From positions 279,582-343,581 of the forward strand of contig RQSC01000008.1 of NCBI GenBank assembly GCA_013416795.1: a stretch of 64,000 bases of DNA, written 5' to 3'. A program made the translations under genes and the position numbers. Below the pieces are notes generated by a model. That model worked only from the letters and a program-made list of their open reading frames with translations, was not told where the DNA came from and did no database searches. The DNA comes from Prasinococcaceae sp. CCMP 1430 (lineage: Eukaryota > Plantae > Prasinodermophyta). Positions 39,036 to 48,929 of this stretch are shown here, piece after piece (position 1 is the first letter of the stretch; the number at the start of each line of letters is the position of its first letter).

Positions 39036-39328
39036 GGAGTTCTCCTTGCGCGCCCTGCCACGCGTACCGACCCCGCGCCTGCGAACAAGTCGTGGTAGGG
39101 AGCACGCGCCTCGCTTCCAATCCTCGACAAGCTCACCGCGGTTAACTGCGTCCTCGATGGGGCTCTGCTCACCGTGGGCGACTGCAAGGCGGTGGTCGCC
39201 TAGCGCGACCACTTCGGCGGCACGTCCACTCGCCCCGTGGACAGACGCGATGGCCGCGCGAAGGCCCCTCGGAGCGATGTGTAAGCAACGAAGAGCCGAC
39301 GGCACGTCCTTGCAGCGCCACATGCCAC

Positions 39329-39615
39329 ATCCGCCACCTCTTCACTAACCGGGTCAAGCAGGCGGACCCAAGCCGCTGGCCGACGGGCAAGGTCTTTCGG
39401 GTCCTTGCCGACGGCCTGCACAGTTCATCGTCGGCATGCGTTCTCCGCGCGTGCGGCGTGCACACACACGACCGCCCCAGGCGCCGCTCTCGCGGCAGCG
39501 CTGCGGGCGGATAGCTAGCTTTCACTCATGCCCTTACTTCTTAGACACACGCGCGCTACGCAACTTCGCGCTTGCGTCTTCTCGTACTGTAATCGCACCC
39601 TTTGCAGCGCTGCTG
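39329..39615 (+). mobile_element. 3' fragment of a putative RLE-type non-LTR retroelement (copy 1)
   Basis: About 280 bp diverged direct repeat of 40310..40590; reads IRHLFTNRVKQADPSRWPTGKVFRVLADGLHSSSSACVLRACG and ends in TACTGTAATCGCACCCTTTGCAGC. Confidence 0.55.
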
Positions 39616-39818
39616 CTCGAAGCGTTGCTGACTGCCTTGCGAGCCAGCCGTTGCCGCCGCCCGCCGCTCCAACTTGGGCTCCTCAGCCGCCAGTAGCGAG
39701 TTGAACGCCCAAAGTTCGTCGACGGAATAGAGCGCTCTAGGGGCGTCTCACTCCCTCACACTCCCCTCATTGGTGGAGATCAGCCGGGTGTGCGCAGCGC
39801 GCGCTGCACACGCACCCC

Positions 39819-40607
39819 ATGGCGGGCAGCTCGTCGCGCTGCGCGAGGAGCTGCAGCAGCAGCGGCAGGACCTGCAGGAGCTCCAGCCGCTCATGCAGCA
39901 GCTGCAGCAGGCGCTCACGCGCCTGCCCCCTGCGCCGCCCACCGACGCAGCCCCTGCGCCGCCCGGCGACGCAATGGCTTCTGGGGCTGTCCCGTCCGCC
40001 CCTCCGATCGCCCCCTGCCAACAGTTTCGCCTCGGTCGCAGCGGTGGCGAGCTCGACGTGTGCTTCGTTGTGGAGCAGTTCCCAGTTGGCGGAGTCGTCG
40101 AGGACAGTGTGAGACCCACGCAGTCCCCGAAGAGGGCCGCGGAAGGCTTGCTGGGGAAGTCGTCCAGAGCCATGCGGCCCCCCGGCGCCTGGAGGTGATC
40201 GCTTGGGTCGACGTCCAGCGCTACGCGCACATCTGCGCGCACCACACCATCCAGTTCCACACGCTGGCGTTCGACACCCTGGGCCGTGCGCACAGGTCCA
40301 CCATGGGGGACATCCTTCACCTCTTCACCCAGCGGGACACGCAGGCGGACTCAAGCTGCTGGCCGACGCACAAGGTCCTTCGAGTCCTTGCAGACGGCCT
40401 GCACAGTTCATCGTCGGCATGCGTGCTCCGCGCGTGCGGCGTGCACACACGCGACCACCCAAGGCGCCGCTCTCGCAGCCGCGCTGCGGGAGGATGGCTC
40501 GCTCTCACACACGAACCTAGATCTTACACACGCGCGCTACGCAACCTTGCGCTTGCGTCTTCTTGCACTGTAATCGCACCCTTTGCAGCAGCAGCAGCAG
40601 CAGCAGC
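39819..40607 (+). mobile_element. Degenerate, probably internally deleted non-LTR retroelement (copy 2) with (GCA)n tail
   Basis: Frameshifted coiled-coil ORF start (QLVALREELQQQRQDLQELQ), then RYAHICAHHTIQFHTLAFDTLGRAHRST resembling the C-terminus of an RLE endonuclease. Ends in a 3' UTR, ACTGTAATCGCACCCTTT and (GCA)7. Confidence 0.55.
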
Positions 40608-40641
40608 GTCAGCGCGTTTCCGGAGTCCTGGCTGCTCAGTT

Positions 40642-40671
40642 GCTGCTAAGGGTGCGATTACAGTACGAGAA
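40642..40671 (-). repeat. Inverted third copy of the element 3'-terminal motif
   Basis: 40648..40671 is the exact reverse complement of 39579..39602 (TTCTCGTACTGTAATCGCACCCTT), followed on the minus strand by AGCAGC. Confidence 0.9.
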
Positions 40672-40675
40672 CAGC

Positions 40676-43600
40676 TCAGTTGTATGGCATCATCTCGTCC
40701 TGAACTTCCTTGAGCCTAGCGACGAAGCTTCCAAACGTTACGACCAGATGTGAGTCGCTCCCGCTGAATCTTGTACCTGAACGCCCAGTCACCGTGTCAC
40801 TGGAACCCCTGTTTTGCCGACTGAGCTGCTTGCATGGTGGCCTAGGCGATTCGTGAACACATGCTCCAGTGCGGTCAGCTCCAGCCAAAGCGAGTAGCAG
40901 TCATCGCTGCGACAGCAAGCAGCGCACGCGCTGTCGCAACATCTACTCACCCGCCGACCGTCGCATGAGGAAATCCGTGCCTCTTGCACAGCTTGATCAT
41001 TTCGTTGCGGTTGTGATACGCCTCACAGGTTGTGAGGGATCCCTCGTTAACGAAGTTTCTGACGGGCTTCTTGAGAACGTCAGTCCACCAGTGCTTTACA
41101 CACTCGGTCCTATCCTCGTCGATTTCCCACACCACCAGCTTGCGGATCCCCTCGTAGCTTTCATCTGCACGAGTAAGGACATTCTGGATCGCGAGAGGAA
41201 TTCCACCGATGCCATCGCACACGGAGAAGACGGTGATGCCGACGCCTCGGGCCATCGCCTGCTGAACACGAGGATACGTCGGCAATGGGCTCAGGAGGTA
41301 TTCGATGGTTCTCACGTCGACCGAGTTCCCGAGCGCTTCGCGTCTGGCCTTTGGACGCCCGCAGTACAGCGTGTGGCCGTCGGGAAAGCCCATCACACGC
41401 TCCGCAAGCTTTGCCGGCATGACCTCCACCTGGTTCACTCTCGCTCCAACGGGGACAAGATTGAAGCCCTTGATTTGGGCAATAGCTTTCGAGCCCTTCT
41501 TGACTTCGTCATTGATACTCTTCGCGCGCAGCACCGCCTCGTACACCTTGGGTGACTCGTACTCTTTCGTCGAAATCATGGAGAAGCGATGAACGACAGA
41601 AGCGTACCACATCGGCATGGCTTCAAGTCTCAAGACGTCCTTCATCATCTCGTGCATCTGGTCCCGCCGCTGAATCGCCGCTTGCTCGTGCGTGGCGGTC
41701 GGTTTCACGTGTCCGCGCAAGTTCGTGATGTAAACACGATCGCGAAGGGCTGTGCTCCACTGCGGCCAGCTGTTGAGCCTGACCCAAGGCAACGTCAGCA
41801 TCGCGGCGCTGAAATTGTTGAGCTCTCTCTTCTCCGTTGGGTACACGTTCTCAAATAGCAGTGCAAACTTTATCCCCGAGACTTCGTCTTCTGGGAGCTC
41901 CCACAGCATCTTGTCTCCCTGGCCGCCAGACGGCCGGGGCGGTGGCAGCATTGAGGGAAGTCTGATCGACTGCCGCCTCTCGGAAGCACGCTCGCGCACG
42001 CCTGCGCTTGTCTGCCGCCCCAGTCCAGGCAGTGCGTCGTGTTGGTGGTCACCGGACGCCCCGCCGATTCCCCCAATGCAACTCTCGCTATGGCTGATGA
42101 CCATACCTTCGCCGTTCGTGTCTTCGCTGGGCGGGGGGTCCGGGTATGCCACGTGCCGCGAACCTTGGATGAGCCTTCCGCGAGCCCGCCCCGGGAAGCG
42201 CGCCGCAACTTGGCGATTCTCAGGCAGCCAGAAGTCTCGGCAGACGTCATCAGCAGGGGCGTTGAAGTTCGAAAGTGGCTGCCAATCGTCGTGGGAACGA
42301 CCGTAGTGCATCCAACTTACCTTCAGGTATCTGATGCCCCTAATCAGGGTGTCGTCGATGATTGCCTCGATATGGTACTCCCTGCCCGGCTCGTTGGCCT
42401 CTTGCTCCTCGTCGCCATCGCCCTCGTCGCTGCTGCTGACTTGGAGTGCAGTCGATGGGGTCCCGCTCGCTTGCCGCACACAAGGACTCGCGCTTCTTTT
42501 CTCCATGGACCTCGTGCACATGCGCCGTGGCCTCGGGGGCAGTGCTCCGCTTTCTTGGTCCTCTTTCTCCAGTCGCCTAGCCAGCTCCTCCGAGCTTTTC
42601 ATCTGCCGCTCGTGGCGTTCGAGCCAACGCTGGTTGGCCTCGACTTCGCCTGGCTTCAGCATCGCCATCGTCAGGCGCTCCTCTTCTCTGCGCCGCTTGT
42701 TCGCTTCCAGGGTTTCCATCGCCAACAATTTGAGCGATGCCCGCTCCTCTTCCTCCCGGGCTCGCTTCCGACGCACCTCTTGTTTCCGTTCCTCCTCCTG
42801 CATCGACTCGGCCAATTGCGCGTCCTTCTCCGCTTGCTCGTCCCACTGAAGGCGTGCGCGTGCGCGTGCCGCCTCCTCTTCAATGAGCGCCGCAGCGAAC
42901 TCTGCGTCGCGCCTAGCTTGCTCCGCACGAGACGTGTCCTGCTCGGCGGCCATTCGCAGCATGTCTTGGGCAAGCGATGCGTCGGCATCTACCTGCGCAT
43001 CCGTGCGGAGTGCGCGTTGTTCGGCGATCACAGGGGCGTCGGCCACGCCTTGTACCTCTGTGGCTTGCGTGGGCGCGGGCGCCTCGATCGTCGCGGCCGC
43101 ACTTGCGAAACCGCCAGCGAGGGCGGGCGCGTCTGCGACTGCGAGCCCGACGGTGTGGTCGTCGTCTGTCGTATGTTCAGCGATCACAGGGGCGTCGGCC
43201 ACGCCTTGTACCTCTGTGGCTTGCGTGGGCGCGGGCGCCTCGATCGTCGCGGCCGCACTTGCGAAACCGCCAGCGAGGGCGGGCGCGTCTGCGGCTGCGA
43301 GCCCGACGGTGTGGTCGGGCGCGTCTGCGACTGCGAGCCCGACGGTGTGGTCGTCGGAGCGTACCAGCGCTGGCCCCTCAGCAAGTGTAGCAGATGGCTC
43401 GGGGTGCGCAAGAGCTACAGCACGCGCCGGTGGCTCGTGTCCTAGCTCAGCTTCATCGAGCTCTCCTGGCTCGCACTCGCTGGCTGTTCTCACCGCCGCC
43501 GTGCCATCGCCCGGCTGCGGTGCCGGCTCGGGGTCATCGTCGGAGCCAAGTAGCGCTGGCGCGTCGGCAAGTGCGGATGTCTCGGGGTGCGCAGGAGCTA

Positions 43601-43769
43601 GAGCGCGCGTCGGTGGCTCGCGTCCCGGCTCAGCTGCGTCGAGGAGCTCGCCGGGCTCGGCATCATCGATGCTGAGCCCTAGCTCCCTCGCGATGTCGTC
43701 CACGCGGCGTGCCGCAGCGGAGCGCGCCGCCTCGATGGAGCGACGAGCGGCTGCGGCCGGCTCGTCCAT
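40676..43769 (-). CDS. Chromodomain-containing, circularly permuted (DRM-type) C5 cytosine DNA methyltransferase; exons 43769..40951 and 40841..40676
   Basis: Chromodomain (EYHIEAIIDD..RYLKVSWMHY..DDWQPLSNF). MTase motifs in the order VI FENV, VIII RDRVYITNL, IX ERVMGFPDGHT, X LGNSV, I FSVCDGIGG, II WEID. A GTGAGT..CTAG intron then gives motif IV VGG|PPCKQLS. Confidence 0.9.
43021..43350 (-). repeat. Intragenic tandem duplications in the methyltransferase N-terminus
   Basis: ~159-bp unit duplicated (APALAGGFASAAATIEAPAPTQATEVQGVADAPVIAE x2) and DHTVGLA(V/A)ADAP x3. Confidence 0.9.
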
Positions 43770-43813
43770 GCGGGCGTCACACGCTGATTTTCCTGCCCGC
43801 GCTGCGCGGGCAG

Positions 43814-43846
<33 letters not shown>

Positions 43847-44433
43847 TTGGTGCCCGCGCTGAGGCCGGTCTGCCCCGCGCGTGAGGGCGTGCGAGGCGCA
43901 GTGGCGGCGGCCTGAGGGGATTCTCCTCTTCACCGGCGCCCCGCGTTGACGGGGGAGGGTGCGCGCGCTCTGGCATTTGGTCGCGCGCGCAAAAAGCGCC
44001 GCGCGCGACGCGCGGCAGGCTGTCGCTGACAGCGACAGCGCAACGAAAGCGAGATCAGCCCGGACGCGCGCTCTCGCTTTGATCTGACCTGATCGCATGC
44101 ACTTTCAGGACGTCATTTGACCTTGCACGTTTAGCATTAAGGTTGATGTGCACTTGACCGATTTGCGATCGCCGTCAACTTCAACGTGACACGCGCGCGG
44201 ACGCACTCGAAGAAGGCAATGCAAACGCAAGCGGCGGTGGTGGGCTGATGGCCGTGATGGTGTTTCGCACGCATATTTCCTGCATGCATTTTCAGAGGAC
44301 CGAACCATTCGCATGCTCCTATACGCAGCTTAGATGAAACGCAACCGTAACCGCTGCGGTCTCGTTTTGATACGCGCGCGCGCGCGGCGGCGGCGGCGCC
44401 ACTGCGCGCGCAGCAGCGTGAGCTGCGGCGGGG

Positions 44434-46155
44434 ATGGCGCCCCCGGCGCAAGAGGACCCCTCGCTGCTGACCGACCTCTCGGCCCACGCCCTCCAGACGG
44501 CGTGCGCCTTCCTGCCCGCGCGCGACGCCGCGCGCGCGGCGTGCGTGTGCCGCGCGCTGCGAGTGGCGAGCGCTGGCGAGGCCGCGTGGGAGGCGCGCTG
44601 CCGCGCGGACCTCGCCCTCGACGACCCGACCGACACGGGATGCGAGGCCGCTGTGGGTGCGGGGGAATGGCGGCGCGCGTATGCCGCCGTCGCGAACGAG
44701 GCTCACCTGCGGAGCGGCGGCCTTGACGCTGCGGCCCGCGCTCGGCGCGCCGTCGCCGGGCTGCGCGCGTGGTGTGCGGAGCACGCGCCCGCCATCGGCG
44801 CGAGCCTCCGCCGCGGCGCGACGCAGGTCCAGGTGGAAGCGTTCGAGCGGGAGCACTACGTGCTGCCACCGGGCGTTGCACACCTCTACCGCGCGTGCGA
44901 CGGGCAGGAACTCACCTTCGACACCGACTTTCTCGACCGGCAGCTCGCCGAGGACGAGCGGGAGAGAGGGGAAGAGGAGGCCGACGCCGGCCCGCCCGGC
45001 GGCACCCCGGCGGCCCCTGACGGCTCGCTCTTCCACGGTCTTTTTGGCTCCTACGTCGTGTACGACCACGTTGTGAGCGTCCGCTGGCTGCCCCTGCGCC
45101 GCGCACGCCGCATCACACGCATGCTGCGCATGCACGCGGCCCTGCCGGAGGCGCGCGCCCCCGGCCCCACGTGGCGGGACGAGCACGTCATGTTCGCGTC
45201 GTTCCGCCTCGACAAGCGCTTCGTGGTCGGCCACGACGGCGCGCTGCGCGTGAACAATCGCCTCGGCGAGTACATGCACGCCGCGCCACCGCCGGCCGGT
45301 GGTGCAGCGGGCCGCTCCTCCCTGCCCGTGCTCGGCTGGCTGGAGGACTACGCGGTGCGTGCCGCATGCGCGGACGGCCCGCAATGCGCTCGCAGGCTCG
45401 CGGAGTGCTGACCAGCGGCGCGCCCTGCCACCCCCGAATCCCCCAACACATCTCGACTCGACGCTGCTTGCGAGACGCGCAGCGCGCTGTCGCCGATCTG
45501 GGCAATTTCGCGGCGCGCACTTTGGGCGAGGAGGCGGTCGGCCCGCTGCGCGGTGGCGAGCCGACGTGCATTTCGCTCTTCCCGACGGGCGGGCAGGCGA
45601 CCTCTGACGCGACCACGGACGGCGTGCGCGTGCGCTGCGCTGCGCTCTTTCTGCCGGAGCACTCCGACCCTCAGGGAGGCGCATACGTGTTTGCGTACAA
45701 CATCAGATTCAGCAGGGTACCCACGGCACCTGACACCGCGCAGCTGCGATCGCGGAGGTGGCTCTTTTGGGACGCCAACGGAGACAAGCAGGAGGCGCAG
45801 GTGAGACGCCGTGCGGTCGCGAAGAGAGGGGGAAAGGGAAGAGGCAGAAAGGGGGCTTTGTAGAGCACGCGCGCCCTTTACGCTCTGCGAGCGCGTGGCC
45901 GTTGACCAGCAGGTGCTGACAGCCGCCCTCCCGCTGCCCCCGCATCAGGGCCCGGGCGTGATCGGCATGTATCCCCTGCTGCGCCCGGGCGACGAGCCCG
46001 TCGACTACTGCTCGCAGTGCCGGCTTCGCACGCCGTCCGGCACGATGGAGGGCGGCTTCGAGTTCGTTCGCGGGAGCAACGACGCTCCGTTGGGGGCGCC
46101 CTTCGAAGCCACGTGCGCGAGGGCCCAACTCGCCGTGCCTGCGTACATCTTCTAG
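44434..46155 (+). CDS. SKIP16: F-box / SMI1-KNR4 / ApaG protein (SKIP16-like); introns from ~45355 and ~45799
   Basis: F-box-like N-terminus (LQTACAFLPARDAARAACVCR), SMI1 region (LPPGVAHLYRACDGQ), ApaG (YVFAYNIRF, QLRSRRW, GPGVIGMYPLL, SGTMEGGFEF). Confidence 0.85.
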
Positions 46156-46337
46156 CTACAATGCGTGTGCGGTGGATTCGGCATTAGCAACGCTCGATGT
46201 GATTGCGTCGGTGCCACGTTTGAGGTCCTCACGAAAAGGTGGATCTTGGACGAGCATAAGCTACTGTAGTCTACGTATAGTTATGTGCGTGGCGGGCGCG
46301 GCGGCGCTGACCAGCTCGCAGAGGGGCACTAGGGCCA

Positions 46338-47120
46338 CTAGCCGGAGTGCTCAATTGTCGAGCTCGGCGACTCGGCCTCGGGCACAGCCAGATCCCACGT
46401 CTTCACGTGCTCGAGACTCAGTACCTTTTCCTTCCCTGTCGGAGACTCATTAGGGGTTGCCTTCTGCTTCTTATTGCCTTGCCGCTCCCGGCGCTTGGCC
46501 TCGGCACGCTCCGCAGACGCGAGCGCCACCTCGAGCGCCTTTGCCGCCTGCCGACGCTTATTGCTGGTGGCATCCGCAGCGGACTGCATCGGTCCGCGCG
46601 TGCGGTCGATCGCCTCGCGAATCGTTGCCATTCCCCGACCATCCTCACCCTTGCCACCGAGGCTCCGGAAGGCCGTCTGCACATCTTTGAGATCCGCGTC
46701 GGTGGCATCCTCGGCGAGCGCACCCTCGATCAGCTCTGCCAGACCGTCGGGGTCACCCACGTACAACTCACGCCACTCGCTGCGCTCGCGGATGGTGTCT
46801 TTGCGCTTCATTCCTGCGGCGTACTTTTCGAATTGTTTCAGGTCATCGCTGTTTGGCGCCACTACTACGGTGGGCTTATCCTCATCGCTGTCTGTCGCCA
46901 CTGCGGTGGGCTTATCCTCATCGCTGTCTGTCGCCACTGCGGTGGGCTTATCCTCATCGCTGTCTGTCGCCACTGCGGTGGGCTTGTTGTGCGCCATCAC
47001 CACCTGGCAGACGCCGTTCACGACAACGAGTTCAACCGGCGCTTCCTCCTGGAAAGGGAGCTCTGTCGATGTACCACCGGGCGGCGCTTGCGCCGCGCCC
47101 CCCTTCATGCCAGTTGCCAT
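46338..47120 (-). CDS. Orphan protein with 11-aa tandem repeats
   Basis: 260-codon ORF with KPTAVATDSDED x3 (33-bp repeats at ~46870-46985) and a basic/coiled-coil C-terminus; no recognisable domain. Confidence 0.55.
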   Translation of the reverse strand: MATGMKGGAAQAPPGGTSTELPFQEEAPVELVVVNGVCQVVMAHNKPTAVATDSDEDKPTAVATDSDEDKPTAVATDSDEDKPTVVVAPNSDDLKQFEKYAAGMKRKDTIRERSEWRELYVGDPDGLAELIEGALAEDATDADLKDVQTAFRSLGGKGEDGRGMATIREAIDRTRGPMQSAADATSNKRRQAAKALEVALASAERAEAKRRERQGNKKQKATPNESPTGKEKVLSLEHVKTWDLAVPEAESPSSTIEHSG

Positions 47121-47205
47121 GGCGCCCTGAAGGGCTGCTGTGCGCGCGCGGGAGAAGGTGCGTCGCGGCGTCAGGCGCAGAAGCAGCGCCAGAGGGAGGA
47201 CTCTC

Positions 47206-47258
<53 letters not shown>

Positions 47259-47812
47259 AGCGCGCGCGCCGCGCGCGCGGCCACCGTGGCGGCCGCGGCG
47301 ACGCCCGAGGAGATCCGCGCGTTCGTCGAGGCGGCCACGCAGAAGCACAAGGTCTGCGTGTTCTCCAAGTCCTGGTGCCCGTTCTGCGTGCAGGTCAAGC
47401 AGGTCTTTGGCGCGTACGAGCTCGCCGACGAGGAGCTCGCCATCTTCGAGCTCGACGAAATCAGTGCGTGTGCGCGGCGGATGCGCTCGCGCGCGAGACA
47501 GGGAGTGAGAGAGAGCCCGGGCACGCGCCTCGCTGCGGCACCCACGCGCATGCCAGAGCGTGCAGGCATCGACCCCACAGGATAAAAAGCAATGATCCGC
47601 ACAGCGCTGCGATCTGCGTCGCTGACCCGCTCTGCCGCCCCCCCGCTGCGCGCTCTGTAGCCGAGGGCGCCGCGCTGCAGGCGGTGCTGGAGGACATGAC
47701 AGGGCAGCGCACGGTGCCCAACGTCTTCGTTCGTGGCGAGCACGTGGGCGGCTGCGATGACACCATGCGCCTGCAGCAGCAGGGTGCACTTGCGGGCATG
47801 CTCGAGGGCTGA
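47069..47812 (+). CDS. Glutaredoxin (CPFC, class I) with probable transit peptide; introns 47158..47260 and 47464..47660
   Basis: VFSKSWCPFC, QRTVPNVFVRGEHVGGCDD; in-frame GTGCGT donors and TAG acceptors; first exon MYHRAALAPRPP... is inferred. Confidence 0.88.
47207..47258. repeat. (GTCT)n/(CT)n microsatellite serving as polypyrimidine tract
   Basis: Directly visible, immediately upstream of the AG acceptor at 47260. Confidence 0.92.
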
Positions 47813-48170
47813 GTCAACGTCGCGGCGGACGTGCGGCTGCTGCAGCGGCTGGCGAGACGCTCGGTGCGAGCTTCAGCGAGCACTGTGGAGAACTCGCGCC
47901 GGAGGAGCGCGCTCTAACACAGGCGCAAACGCCATCGATCGCTCACCTGCTCGCTGTCGCGTAGCGTGGGCAGTCCTGTGTGTACGCATGCTCGTCGTGC
48001 GCGCTTGCGCGGGCGCGCGGGCGGCACGAGCTGATGCACAGCGCGCGGCGGCAGTGGCACGCGCGGAGGGTCTCGTAAGGACACGCCTACAAGTTATTAC
48101 AGCGGCACCGCGCGCATGAGAATGGACGCACGCGGGCGCACACGGGTGCGCGAGCGAGCGCGCCGGCGGC

Positions 48171-48311
48171 TTACTCGGCAGCCGCGGGCACCGCGACGTC
48201 GGTGATCTCGGTCACCTTGGTGGTGGGAGCATCGAAGACAATCTGCGTCGGCGCATCGGCGTACACGTCCGGGAAGACAGGCGGCGTGCGGTTGCGGTCC
48301 GAGGGCGTGAG
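48171..48311 (-). CDS. Probable terminal exon of an unresolved small gene
   Basis: CCCTTGCAG acceptor followed by 46 coding-like codons (LTPSDRNRTPPVFPDVYADAPTQIVFDAP...) and TAA; upstream exons not identified. Confidence 0.35.
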   Translation of the reverse strand, partial: LTPSDRNRTPPVFPDVYADAPTQIVFDAPTTKVTEITDVAVPAAAE

Positions 48312-48929
48312 CTGCAAGGGGCAAATGCCGGGAGCGGGCGAGGAGTTGGGTGCGCACAGGCGATGACACGCACGTACGTGGCGAGCGCGCAGCGAGGGGT
48401 ATGGCCATGTGCACGAGGGCAGCGGTGCCGAAGGGAGCCAATCGCGGTGCCGTCAGCACATGTCTCGCAACACGTCACAGGATGCGCCGCGTCGTGGAGC
48501 GCCCCCGCCGCTGCCAGCATCGCGCGCTCGTAGCGCAAGCAAGTGCGCTGCGCAATGCCCTGCCGTGCTGCGCAATGCCTCGCGGCGGGGCGGACGCCCG
48601 CAGGCGCACGCGCGCAGCCCGAGGGGCGGCGCCGTGCTGGCGCGACGCCGCGCCCCTCCGAGCGCACGGCCGTTCGCGGAATGGCGCAGGCGAGGCCTAC
48701 CGCATGTGCGCATGCGCATGCCTGGGCGCGCGCGCTCTCCAAGCACTCGTGCACGCCCCCCGAACACCACGGCCCCGACAGGCGCCGAAGGAGGGAGCGG
48801 AGGGGCGTCGGGACGGGCGGGAGAGGGGCACGGGCCGGCCCGCGCGCGCCGCGCAGCACATTGTATCGGCGCCCACAGGCAGCTCCCGGCGGCGGGAGTG
48901 GGCGGGGGCGCGAGGGCCCGCCGGTCACC

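Noticed and set aside
40947-40949. Methyltransferase as a truncated pseudogene lacking the PC motif
   Set aside because: The TGA is part of a GTGAGT donor; splicing to 40841 restores GGPPC.
46870-46985. 33-bp repeats (and 39.3-40.6 kb repeats) as a CRISPR array
   Set aside because: Contiguous in-frame coding repeats without spacers, eukaryotic context, no cas genes.
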